A stretch of DNA of 63,996 bases, filler included, from Lenisia limosa (GCA_001655205.1; 9 parts of 9 records of this genome joined end to end with filler, not necessarily neighbours in it), one strand, 5' to 3'. Counted from the first letter of the whole stretch, positions 23,537-37,519 are shown. The notes: generated by a model from the sequence alone, not told the origin. Program-made: numbers and translations.

Positions 23537-25370
23537 ACTTCTGGCAAGGGCCCTAACCGATGAATACTTCAATGTAGTGGAGGATGCAATCAAGCAGCTG
23601 GGCGAGGTAGATGCTAAAGGCCTTTTTGTCATTAGAGACCCCAACTCAACAAAAGAATTGGAAAATACTCTCTTGAATATCTCAACTTAGATACGAATAC
23701 CGGTTAGTAGAGCTGGCCTTTGTTATGTCTTTGATAATTACTTCTGATAAGTTAGAGGATCAAAAGTTTCGTGAGCAGATGCTACCAACCTCTGAAGGTA
23801 TATAGAGATGTGTAACTTTTCTCTTTTTTGTCTGATGCAGTGGTGGTTTATCACATTTGGAGTAATACACTTCATTTGAATTCATTCCACTCTTTTGTAC
23901 CAATATTCAAATAACTACGATGCAACAATCAGAATGAAGCTCTAAGTCGAAGGACAGGAGGTAGAGCTGATAAATGAAATGCCCCTTTTCTTCCCAAAGA
24001 CATGGCGACTGGCAACGCTCTGTGTCCGATCGGATGACGGAGCTTTGAGAGGGCAGCAGTCAGTCCTCAATGACCTACAGTTATTTCAATTGTTACTGTT
24101 GCGATGCAGGCGATCTGTCTTGGATCTCCATCCAAAGAATGCATGTTGAAAGATGTCTCATTTATCTTTTGGTTTTCACCATTCAAGATTATATTCACGT
24201 TTTCAAACGGTGCAGATTCCTCGTGATGCGCAAGGAGGTAGCTCTTCTCTGCGATGAATGTGGGTAAGTCCAAAAAACCAAATGACCGTTTCTAATAGGG
24301 GTTCTGATCCTCAATTCGTCCCTAAAGCGCGCGAGTTCTTCTCTCCAGAGGTGATATCTAAGTTAGAACTTAGTGGTGAACATGAAGCTGCCAATTTTGC
24401 AAAGGCGGTTTCCAAACTCCATCAGTCTCACGACAAAAGAGGATTATCTCTGGCTCAAAGAATTTTCAAAGGAAGCAAATACATTATTTTCCCGCTATGT
24501 TAATGTTGGAGGGGATTTCATGAATTTCAATTTCATAATAGCGTCAAGAGTTGAACAATGTAACTAGTACTATTTAAAAGCACTAACCTTAGTTAGCATG
24601 AAGACGCCAACGTCTGCAATTTGATGTTTGACTTAATTGCATCGAGGTGATACCACTCCTCAAGTACAGAGTACCACCTGTGAGTTTACTATGGTGTACA
24701 CTTTCTCATGTCTAACATATTAGAGAGCACAATCAATTAGGAAGTTCCAACTCATGATTTTAGTGCCCACCTCCGGTACAGCTCCAACCACATCCAAAGC
24801 TCGACGACGATCAGGTAAGTATTGGTTTACTCGCTTGTTCATAAAGAAATAATACTCATACTTTTCTCATTTTCCAACTCTCAGAGTACAAAAGTAGACA
24901 GCCAAAAATAACTCATGACTTTAGCGCCCACCTGAGCCTGAGCATACTGACTTGACAACCTTGGTATGCGTTTGAATTGGTTTTTTTGTTTTTGAATCCA
25001 TAAATTGCCAGATGCATGTGTTTTCATTATCTGAAACAATGATGACTGGGTCACCACTCTTTGAAACTTCTTAATGGTTAGGCTAAAGCAGTTGTTTTTT
25101 GCGTGCTGACAAATGTGAACGACTCTTCTCGCACATCCACAGCGGAGCATCATGATGAAGGTGCTCAGGGTGCACTTCTTTCGAATCAGCCCGAGTGCCG
25201 ACTGGTATTTCATCACGTCACAACGTAAGACCTACATGCACCTCCCCCTAGACGCCAGAGTGGTCACGTAAACAAAGAACACTGCACTAAAGATCAAGCC
25301 GTCACGGGAGCAGAAGCAGGTCTCCACCTCAAGTCTTACGCCCAGAGACAACAAATGCAAAAAGGTGACA
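23537..25370 (+). mobile_element. Degenerate P-element/THAP9-like DDE transposase
   Basis: In order: LATLCVRSDDGALR (~24030), DYIHVFKRCR (D-x2-H motif, 24187), DPQFVPKAREFFSPEVISKL (insertion-domain motif, after the 35-nt intron 24264-24298), DKCERLFSHI (final Glu motif, 25108); frameshifts and stops are needed to join them. Confidence 0.6.
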
Positions 25371-26267
25371 TCTGCTTAATGTATGTATTGTTATGATTTG
25401 TTTTGTTTTGTATCTGTTACTGATGTAATAATTGTTTCTGTGTGAAAGTAGTCATATGATATATTGTTCAATGGGGTTTTCAGTGAGGTAATATGCCACT
25501 TTTGAGTTTAGGTCACGCAAATACTCTCCCCATAATATTCTTATCCTACTGGTGCTGTTTCACTGATTTGTTTGGCACAATACAGTTCAAACCAACATTG
25601 GTACAATTGCTATGCAAGAATTACAAAATATGGATAACTGTATGAAGTAGTGCCTAAAATTCAATATCAAACTCTATAATTACAGAGCCCTAGTTATTAA
25701 TTATCTAAAAAATAAAGCGAGGCAAGATAAAATGGGACTGATTCAGCATTTGTGGAAAATATACAACCTAAGAACTCCTTGATGGTACTGATGATCCCTT
25801 TCCTGGCATTGAAGCGGTGAATACTAAGTCTTAAATATGGAAAATTATGAGTGTAAGTCTTTATTGAAGTAAATATGGGTCTATAAAGAGTAGAGAAGGC
25901 ACATAAACACCGTTAACAGAGCATCAAGGAAACACTGTTCGACCTCTTTCCCCACCTTCTCCATTGATTTACAATGACTATGACTTATAACCTAACAGCG
26001 AATAATTGAAGTATTTTAGCGTCTACCCCCTTTCAATGTCAGAGATCTCGCCGAAAAACAATTTAACAAAGATACGTTACATTATTTTAAAGTTGCCGGA
26101 CAGTTGGAGTATAGTTTTAACATGATAAGTTGAGAAAAAGTGACCCCATGCCATTTACAGTCGTCGAACATTGAAAAACACAAATATAAAGCTGGAAAAG
26201 CAGAAGAGGGACAAAAACACCGCAGGATGTCAAGAAACTTCCAAAAAGAAATGCATTAAGGACAAAA

Positions 26268-27255
26268 CTAAAGATCCTGAGAAACGGACCACACCCTAAT
26301 AATGCCATCAGAGAAGCCAGCAAACAAACTGCCACCATCGGCAGACCAAACAACAGAGGTGCAAACTGGCAGTTTACCGTCAACAACCGGACGTAAAACT
26401 GTTAAAGGAGCCTTCTTTTCGAGGTCAAAAATGACAACACTATGATCAGTAGCTGCACAAAGCCAGTAACAAAAGGGAGAGAAAGCCAAATCATTAATAG
26501 GTGCTTTCGCGGACATAGAATATAAATGAGACATTGACTCAGAGTTATCCCATAAATGAGTAACACCGTCCTTGTCCCCTGAAGCTGTAATGGAACCATC
26601 TGGAGAAACAGCAACAACATTTACTTGATTAGAAGGAGCAACCAAAGTTTGCTTTAACGAAAAAGTTTTTAAATCCCAAACCTTGACCTTTTTGTCCCAG
26701 CCACCCGAAATAATTTGAGGCGAAACGGTGGAACCAGGGGTAAAACATAAGCTACTAATCCAATCACTGTGACCATTTTCTTTCAAAGTCGCTTTGCATT
26801 GTCCTAATGTGTTCCCAATTAGTATAAATAATAATACCAGAGTTTAATCGTTTTATCTCTTGAAGAAGAGACAATTTGCCTATTATCTGAAGAGAAGGCT
26901 ACACTCAAAACATCTTTTTCGTGCCCAACGAAAGTAACAGTAGATTTTCCAGAATTAAGGTCCCAGAGTCTAAGAGTCTTATCCCATGAGCCAGTTAACG
27001 CAAACAAAATTAAACAAAGAAAAAAAATACCTGACCATCCGAGGAAACAACAACACTTTCCACGAAATGTGAGTGTCCAACAAGAGATTTATGCGCGTAA
27101 CCAGCTTCATTGTTTTCTTGAGGTTGAAGGTGCCAGACTACCACTGTTTTATCTCTTGAACCACTCAGCAACACCTGAGGGTTATTAGGTGCTACAGCTA
27201 AAGAGGTGATTCGGCCGTTGTGACCGGTCAAAGTTCCAGAAAGACGAAAAGACAT
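26268..27255 (-). CDS. RACK1: RACK1 / Asc1 (7-bladed WD40 ribosomal protein), 312 aa, 3 exons: 27255-27031, 27004-26838, 26814-26268
   Basis: [20 protein letters not shown]...LLSGSRDKT...[16 protein letters not shown]|[16 protein letters not shown]...SRDKTIKLW|[17 protein letters not shown]...YWLCAAT...[10 protein letters not shown]; 939 nt once two tiny non-AG introns are removed; TAG stop. Confidence 0.93.
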
Positions 27256-29816
27256 TTTGAAAAAGGCAAAATCCTAATTTCAGAAAATATTAAAAATACA
27301 ATTATAATCGGTATTTTCAAGAAAACCCGTGATTTATTTTTGACATTTAGTTTAACTATGAGCATTTATGAGTCAAAGTAGGAATTCACAAGACCATCAA
27401 ACGCCACTTTTGAAAATTGCTTTGATTGAACTCTGCTATGGCAAATAAATTTTGATTGGACTCTTAATTCTAAGAACAAGCTTGCGTAAGAGGGAGTTTC
27501 CTGGTGTGGTTGGCTGCTTTTCTTAACGAACTGCGTCCCTTCTTTAGCTCTTCTAAATCACCTTAGGTGAACCTGGTAAACAAACTTGTTCCCACTGCTG
27601 TCAAAAAAGATTCATTTGAGTAGAACCAATAGGGCGGATTGTTTGAAGAGCGCTGATTATTTTTGTAAGAAGTGTGTATTTGTTAACCTATTTTTTAACT
27701 GGCGTGTATTTTACTTTGGCTTATAATAGATCGTAACTGAGCCCCCCCCCCCCTNNNNNNNNNNNNNNNNNNNNNNNNNNNNNNNNNNNNNNNNNNNNNN
27801 NNNNNNNNNNNNNNNNNNNNNNNNNNNNNNNNNTGTAATGTTGTTCTAATATTTATAGATGGAAGGAGAGGCTGATTTTATCAGTACTGACGCTTAGTTT
27901 GAGAAATGCGCAAACGTGGTTTTGTGCAGGTAATTAGATAACCTTCAGGCCATTTCCAGTACTGGCAACAAAGCAGGGATTGACAGGGCTATCAAGAAAG
28001 TGGGATGCCGCAGTTTAGAAGAGATTTGATTCCCTGAAATCTTCATACTACACCCTGCCTGTTCGATTCTCCTTTTCACTGGCCAGTGGTCTTTATCAAA
28101 GATCTTTGTCCCTTGTGCATTTTGCCACTCTGAAGTGCTGGGAGGCGGCCCCCAGGTCACCTTGCCCTGTCCCGCGACTCCCCGACGAATCCTTACACTA
28201 ATATTTTGCTCACATCTAGTGTGAGGGCTATGTGACTTTCGTCTGATACAAGATGTACATGCATGTATCATAAGTATTCACATAATATCACTCGTACTAC
28301 TGAATGTACTGATGCATCCTTATTGTTTATTTCTCATTGTTATATATTATTATGAATGTACTATGTATTATGTATATTTTTATGATATATGTTTCTTTTT
28401 CTTATTTTTTTCGACTAATCTTTAACAATATCTCTTTTGTTAAAACTGCGAACATGATGATATATTTAAAACCGCGAACATGATTAAAGCCGCGAACAAA
28501 AAGGAGGCTTTTCTTTCAATTTTTGAGTCATTACGCTCCTTATTTACGCCTATTTCGCATTTTTTGCAAATTATCGCCCGAAACACTCCTTTATACAGGG
28601 TTTTATTCATAAGAATAGGCAGGGGTATCAACATCCATGCAAAATACCACCTTCATGGTACTTCAATTTTTCATGCGAAATACATTAAAAACACTGATTA
28701 TGGGCCTAGAATGCCCCTGCGATAAAGTGAAGACATTCTTTCACCCACTCTTGAGTAACCTAGAGGCATTTAAGTAGAGAATACGAGACAAATTGGGCAA
28801 AAAATGAGCGTAAATTACCGATAAATGGGCGAAAATATGATAGAAGATGTTAATAAATCAAGCGAATTTGACTCTTACCTTGTGTGCCGTTCCAAACGGT
28901 AAATGGGTTATTGACGCAGCATATACTTTAATCAGACGTCTATTTCGTCCATTGGCTCCATTATAGAGACTGAACAAAGAAAATTCTTGACAAAACCGTG
29001 ACAAAAGTTGACTTAAATACCTCAAAATCACTACATTTTCTCCAAAAATAAACTTCAGATTCGAATTCTCCTTAAAAATCTGTGTTTCTATAGTGGGGCA
29101 CTTTAATAGGCTCAAAATGCTATTATTCTGAAAGAGGGGGGTTTCAAAAAATAGTTTCGCGTAAAGGAAACTGGGTGACCCCGGCCGGATTCGATTCTGA
29201 TCAAAAGATATTTTTTTTTCAATTTTTGTATCTCACTTTTTTTCTTCTTTTTGCTCCTTTGTTTTGATGTTGTTGATAGTCTAGTACTCAAAACTGCCGA
29301 ATTTCCCACTAAAATGGGTGTTATTGAAATTGCACGACAAGACAGTTGGTATCATCACATATTCTTCACTGTTTAGATTTGAAAAGGGCAAAAAAAAGCA
29401 TTGGAAAAGCGTGAAGCTCGTAATCAAATGATAAAACATATGGTGATTTCTAAGTTTTGTTGACTGTATTTAGAGAAGCATCGCAAAAAACCAAGGCAAA
29501 CGGTCTAAAATCTTCTAATACCTTTCATTACCTCAATTAATTATGTCTAATGCATTTTATGAAAGCGTATAATTGTTATCTGAAAACATTGTGGTTTTCC
29601 TTGTTGACTTTCTTTAAAAAATTGACCTTTTTATGAAGTGGGTACGGTTATGTGGGGTCACTATGATATAGCTATAGACATGTATGTTTATGTGTGAAGG
29701 GTATATAGGTGTGTGGTGTGCGTGTTTGTTTGTATGTTTGCCCAACCATCTGAGTTGATGTGTTTATCACCCCCACCCCCAAGTATGCGCAGGTGAAAGG
29801 GTGTGCCCCCCCCAGT

Positions 29817-29916
29817 NNNNNNNNNNNNNNNNNNNNNNNNNNNNNNNNNNNNNNNNNNNNTTAATTAATTAANNNNNNNNNNNNNNNNNNNNNNNNNNNN
29901 NNNNNNNNNNNNNNNN
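29817..29916. other. Artificial contig-joining spacer
   Basis: N-flanked ttaattaattaa at 29861-29872. Confidence 0.97.
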
Positions 29917-30071
29917 CAAGACCTCGTTTATTACCACGGATACGTGTGTGTTGTTTTTGTTTCGTAACCTCTGCACCCAAAAAGCTAAACAGTGGTACCC
30001 CTATGTTTTTTATTTATTTCCTGAGATTTCTATTGTTATTATTTCTCTTGTTTCAAGATTCTTACTCTCAG

Positions 30072-30535
30072 GATCGAACCCAAAGCTTCGCGTTGCAAAC
30101 GGACGAAAATGCACCATGTGCAGAGAGTGCATCAGACTGGACGAGTACGAGAAGAGCATCACATTGCTGAGGAAGAAGGACCATTTCATTTGTGGGGGGG
30201 GGGGGNNNNNNNNNNNNNNNNNNNNNNNNNNNNNNNNNNNNNNNNNNNNNNNNNNNNNNNNNNNNNNNNNNNNNNNNNNNNNNNNNNNNNNNNNNNNNNN
30301 NNNNNNNNNNNNNNNNNNNNNNNNNGGAAATATTACTCCTTTGATATAAATTGTTGAGTTGACCTTTCTTTATCATAATTGAAGCCTGTTTGAAACCATT
30401 GCGTAACATGTCTCACCCACTTTAGTCTCAATAGAGAGCACTGGTGTGTACCACCCCAAGGAGATCTTCCGACTTGCCGTCGAAATTATGAAGGAGAAGG
30501 CTGAGAAGGTTCTTAGCCTTGTTGAAGGTCAATAA
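30072..30535 (+). CDS. POLR1C: RNA polymerase I/III subunit AC40 (RPAC1), last two exons (30072-30191, 30426-30535)
   Basis: PKLRVANGRKCTMCRECIRLDEYEKSITLLRKKDHFI|FSIESTGVYHPKEIFRLAVEIMKEKAEKVL*; the CTMCRECIR and DHFIFSIESTG motifs are AC40-type. Confidence 0.85.
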
Positions 30536-30717
30536 ACGCCCATCATTTATTAATTGTGTTGAATTATTGAACAATACGCGTGGGATTGTGATTATTAGCA
30601 GAGACCCTGGTAACTCTTTCATGCCCAAATGAATTATATATGTATATACATGTAATATATGTTGTCAAATGTAACAGATGGTTTACATCTATCAGTGACA
30701 GTACCACAGTTTCCACC

Positions 30718-30797
30718 TAGGGCTTCACTTCGATTCAAAAAATAGTTTTCGAGGATTTTTAGAGAATTTCATTTTTTCGAACTGAAGTGAAGCGCTA
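30718..30797. mobile_element. MITE family 1
   Basis: tagggcttcacttcgattc...gaactgaagtgaagcgcta. Confidence 0.75.
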
Positions 30798-31536
30798 TTT
30801 ACCTCCACATTTCTTGTGGAAACCCCGTTTTTTCAGCCCGGCATCGATGAGATTCCAATATAGTTTAGTTCAGGTACTTTTGTTCAGATTTCCAAATAAA
30901 CATGGATATTACAGGGTGTTGAAGTTTCAATAGCCCCCTGGATATTAAGATGATATTATATCATCACGCTTTGAGAAAGATTATGGTATATACTACTTAG
31001 CTTTCTGCTATTTTAGTTATACGAGCATCTTATTACTGAAATTCTTTCATTCATAAGTATAATGTTGCCAATAGTGAGCGAAACTCAGAGATTTGTGGGA
31101 CTGGCGTCAGCCCCAGACCACCTGGCCATAGTCCATGTGGACTTGATTCCCTTCTGCGGTCACCCTTTACCCCTCCTTGGGAGAGAAGAGTGGGGAAGTG
31201 GAGGATAGGTGGGGTCGAGAGAGGCAAAGGGTAGGAATTTGGGAATTTCACGACACAGATTCCCTGACGGATGTATATAGTTCAATCCCCTGAGCGAAGA
31301 AGCGTTGAAGCGTTAAAATAAATAAGCAAAAAACAATAACTACAACCATATAAATACTCCAACTACTGTACAAAAGTAACCTCTGCATCACTTGAAGACG
31401 TTCAGGCGAAGATTAGGAGTTGTTCAGAGATAGCAAAATTAGTTACGGCCGATCGGGTCGACTCCTCGCGACAGCTGGTACAGAACGTCCTCGTCAAGGT
31501 AGGTCAGGGACCGAAGCTGCTCCTAAAGGAATGACA

Positions 31537-31637
31537 CTTATAAGCGTGATGGTGTGGATGGCTTTGGCCGGATACAATAATTCAATATGTGTGGACAGTT
31601 TCGGCCAGATTCAACCGTGTTTTATTTCTCATCTCTA
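31537..31637 (+). repeat. Dispersed repeat, family 2 with internal duplication
   Basis: cttataagcgtgatggtgtggatggctttggccggatacaa...gtggacagtttcggccagattcaacc...tttatttctcatctctat. Confidence 0.75.
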
Positions 31638-31751
31638 TCTATGCCAAACCTGGAGGCTGCCCTGTGATCGGAAGTTGAACTTGGACCGGCGGAACTTCGA
31701 CATCGTCCGCACCGGTTCTGAGGGGAGACAATTAATGATAAATAGTTCTGG

Positions 31752-31851
31752 NNNNNNNNNNNNNNNNNNNNNNNNNNNNNNNNNNNNNNNNNNNNTTAAT
31801 TAATTAANNNNNNNNNNNNNNNNNNNNNNNNNNNNNNNNNNNNNNNNNNNN
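31752..31851. other. Artificial contig-joining spacer
   Basis: N-flanked ttaattaattaa at 31796-31807. Confidence 0.97.
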
Positions 31852-33980
31852 CCCCGCACCTGTGGAGTTGTCTCGAAATCACTTTCATCATCCTCAGGAA
31901 GGGCCCTCTTCAGAGTGGTGTCGACCGTCTCCTTCACTACTGCCTTCTTCTTCATAAGCTTCTTCTTTTTCACAACCTTCTTTCCTTCCTTCTTCTCTGA
32001 CGATTCTGTTGTCTTTTTGGCCCTCTTTTTTGTTGAACTGTATGGAGCTTCCTCTGAGGAACGCCTCTTCAGCGATTCCTTCTTCTTTTCCTTCTTTTGC
32101 TTCTTCTGCTTCTTCTCTTCCTTCTTCTCTTCCTTTTCAACCTTTTTCTCTTCCTTTTCCTCCTTTTTCTCTTCCTTCTTCTTCCTAAACTCTAGCACCT
32201 TGCTTTTCCTTTCCTTCTTCTTATCATCCTCTTCCTTCAGTTCGAATAGCTTCACCTCTTCTTGGAACTTCTCCTTTTCCTCTTGGAATAACGCCTTTTC
32301 CTTCATGAAGTTGAGTCTGTCGTTGACAAGTGTTTTCATCATTTCATCCAGAACCTTCTTCTTCTCCTCCACAGCAATTTGGTTTCGAAGCACGGGTGAA
32401 ATCATTGTCGGCTTTTCTTTGCGAACCAGTTTCTTTTTTGGGGTGACAGGAAGTGCCTCTTTTTTGCTGATTACCTTTTCTTCTTTTTTTTTCTTCTCTT
32501 CTTTCTTTGGTTCTTCCTTCTTTGGCTCCTGTAGTCTCTTTTTCTCTTCTTCTTTCTTCATTTCTTGTGACTTCTTTTTTTCTTCTTCCTTTTTCTTATC
32601 TTCTTGTAACTTCTTATTTTCTATTTCCATCTTCTTCTCTTCCTCATTTTTCTTCTTCTTTTCCTTCTTCTCTGCTTCCTTCTTCTTCTCCTCCTCCTCC
32701 TTCTTCTCTGCTTCTTTCATCTTCTTTTCATCTTCCTTTTTCTTTTTATCTTCTAATCTCTTCTTTTCCTCTTCCTTCTTCTTCTCTTCTTGTAATTTCT
32801 TCTTTTCCTCATTCTTCTTCTCTTCTTGTAATTTCTTCTTTTCCTCTTCCTTCTTCTTCTCTTCTTGTAATNNNNNNNNNNNNNNNNNNNNNNNNNNNNN
32901 NNNNNNNNNNNNNNNNNNNNNNNNNNNNNNNNNNNNNNNNNNNNNNNNNNNNNNNNNNCTTCTTTTCCTCTTCCTTCTTTTTCTCTTCTTGTTATTTCTT
33001 CTTTTCTTCTTCTGATTTCTTCTTCTCTTGCTCCTTCTTCTTCTCTTCCTGTAATTTCTTCTTTTCTTCTTCTGATGTCTTCTTCTCTTGCTCCTTCTTC
33101 TTTTCTTCCACATCCTTCTTTTCCTTCTCCCCTTCTTCATCAACATTTTTTTTGTTCTTTTCTTCCTGTATCGTTTTCTTCTTCATCGCATAAGCGTTGC
33201 GCCTCTTCTCCAACGATTCAAGTCTCTTTTGAACCAATTCCTCGTCAGATTTGTTTTGTTGTCTTGACTCCTTCATCATCTTGGTGATCTGTGCTCTATC
33301 AGTCTGCTTCACAATTTTCTTGGGGGCAGTCTTATGTTCGTCTGTCTGAGGCTTAGCCGTCTTCTTTAGTTTTATTTCTTCCTTCTTCTTTTCTTCTTTT
33401 TTCTTTTTCTCTTCTTGTAATTTCTTATTTTCAACTTCCTTTTTCTTATTTTCTTCCATTTTCTTCTTCTCTGCTTCCTTCTTCTTATTCTCTGCTTCCT
33501 TCCTTTTCTTCTCTGCTTCTTTCTTCTTCTTCTCTTCTTCCTTCTTCTTCTCCCCCGCCTCCTTCACAGCCTTAACACTCGGCTGTGTATCCTTTTTGAT
33601 GAGCTTAACTTCCTCGTCATCCTTGGCCGCGACCGGAGACGGCACCTTTTTGGCCTCATCGAACCTGGCTGAAGCCTCACTGCTACCCTCTTTCCTCTTC
33701 TGTGCACTAAGGCGGCGACGCTCCAGCTTGGCCTCCTTCCTCTCGAAATCGGCCTTCTGCTCGGCCGACAGCGCCTTGCCACCATTGGCTTGGATCAGCT
33801 TCTCCTCACGCTGCTTGCGATTGCGCATCAGTCTGTCATTAGTTGCTGCGAGTACGGTGGCGGCGGCAGGCGGCAAATCCTCGGTAGTTGCTGTGGGCAC
33901 GGCAGCTGCGGCAGGCGGCAAGACGATGGTGGCGGCAGGCGGCAGGTCCTCTGCTTCAACCGGCGCTTTGTCGACCATTT
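31852..33980 (-). CDS. Lys/Glu-rich low-complexity coiled-coil protein with LQEEKKKEEEKKK repeats (partial; one in-frame TAA)
   Basis: ~2.1 kb purine-rich open frame after a C-tract acceptor at 33981; internal gap 32872-32958; TAA at 32992-32994 where sister repeats have TTA. Confidence 0.7.
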
Positions 33981-34468
33981 CTGGGGGGGGGGGGNNNNNN
34001 NNNNNNNNNNNNNNNNNNNNNNNNNNNNNNNNNNNNNNNNNNNNNNNNNNNNNNNNNNNNNNNNNNNNNNNNNNTCCAAAAAATTGTCACGAATATCCGA
34101 ACAATAAGTTTTGGTAACATTAAATTTAAAGAAGATTATGGTCAATATGATAATCACATCATTTGCTCTCTTGCTTCCAAAACAACTGCTTTTATTACAG
34201 TAAATAAAAACCATGCAGGTTACGCTCGGTTTTGGCTCTATTTGTGGTTAATCCGAGCCTTCTGGGTTGGCACCCTGCTTTAACCAAATACAAAGAGGAA
34301 GAGAAATGTTGGAAATAGTTCCAGATAGTAAATTCACAACCCCCAAGTACTTCATTTTGTGTCCGTGTAATAGAAATATCATAATATCTAGTATGCTGGG
34401 GAAGCAAGCAGAAAGCTGTGTACACAGAGTTGTTACAAATGATTGAGCGAATTAAAAATATTCTATCA

Positions 34469-34512
34469 TCCAGTATCTCTGATAAGCGTGATGCTCGGTC
34501 AGATAATACCTT
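34469..34512 (+). repeat. Dispersed repeat, family 2 (internally deleted)
   Basis: tccagtatctctgataagcgtgatgctcggtcagataatacctt. Confidence 0.55.
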
Positions 34513-35231
34513 ACTATATCAGCGGAAAATATCTAATATCAAATCTCAAATCTCTTCACTATGGGTCTGAATGGCTGAATTTCTAATGAATCATGTCCAA
34601 TATATTACACATCCTTCGGATATAATGCAGGTCCACACGAATACCGTATCTTCATAGGCCTTTCCACGTGCCCAAATCCAGGCATTTATGCAAAAAAAAA
34701 AAACAAGGAATTATAATGCCAAATTGCTTCCATGAACTTAATCCCCCTTATTATGTTAATTTATATACACTCTTACTTTCTATGTTGGTGTTGACGAAAG
34801 AAAAGATTCTAAAAAACAGTGAGGAAAATGCGATTGAAACGCGGAACAAGGTATCCTTGATGTGGATCTTTTATTAAAAATATTAATTAGCTTAAATTTG
34901 AGACGAAGGTACAAGAAGAGCCACAAGAAGAGAGAGGCAGCGCATACCTGGAATTGAGGTGCCGCCTTTTTATGTTATAGTTGAACCAACAGGGTCAGAT
35001 TGATGGTAATTTGTATGACCAACCAGCACTGGTCTTCAATTCAAGGTTAGATTTACGAGGAAAAAGCTACTTTCCCTGCCTCAATTTATATGCTGTATAT
35101 ACACAGCCAAAAGCAAGATAGCTTGTGTAAGGGTAGTAAAAAGAAGTTTGAAGGGATTTTTTTTGGTATTAAGAGATTGAGATCGAAAAGATCACCAGAC
35201 CGATTTGTTTTCGGTGTATATAAAACAGACA

Positions 35232-35357
35232 CCCCATTTCCGTAACACCAGATTAAATAAGTACATAAGTGTTGTTTCCTGTTAATTAATGTGTTTGTTG
35301 TAACATAAAACAGATATCCCATTTCCGTAACACCAGATTAAATAAGTACATAAGTGT
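35232..35357. repeat. ~40-bp direct repeat downstream of beta-tubulin
   Basis: cccatttccgtaacaccagattaaataagtacataagtgt occurs twice, ~85 bp apart. Confidence 0.85.
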
Positions 35358-35443
35358 ATTCAACTGAATAAAAGCACAAGGCAGGCATCAAGCTAAAACA
35401 CCATCCGCACTGTCAAGAGAAACCTAACACACAAACAGAAGAC

Positions 35444-37237
<1,794 letters not shown>

Positions 37238-37519
37238 TTTGAATAACTTTCAAAGTATGAATTTTCCTCAAAAAAACGAAAACAAAAGGGCGTCAGTTCA
37301 GTTCAGTTCAGTTCATTTGATATTCTGAGTTGAGTTTTTCGCTAATGTAATAATCCAATCCCTGATTTTCTAGTGAAATAAAAACTACAATATACTTAAT
37401 ATATAAATAACACAAGTGGAATGGAATGTTATTGCTACAGTGGGTTGTTTAATAATTCCTAATTTCGTAATATCAAAAATCAAACATTTTTTGAACATTT
37501 CTCAACATTGACAGAAGTA

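Noticed and set aside
27830-28260. Coding-like segment with a possible 19-nt intron (gtaattagataaccttcag)
   Set aside because: Stops in all frames nearby and no recognisable protein, so neither a gene nor the intron can be supported.
31915-33193. Long Phe/Ser-rich plus-strand ORFs (366 aa, 228 aa)
   Set aside because: Antisense shadows of the Lys/Glu-rich gene; pyrimidine-rich repeats lack stop codons.
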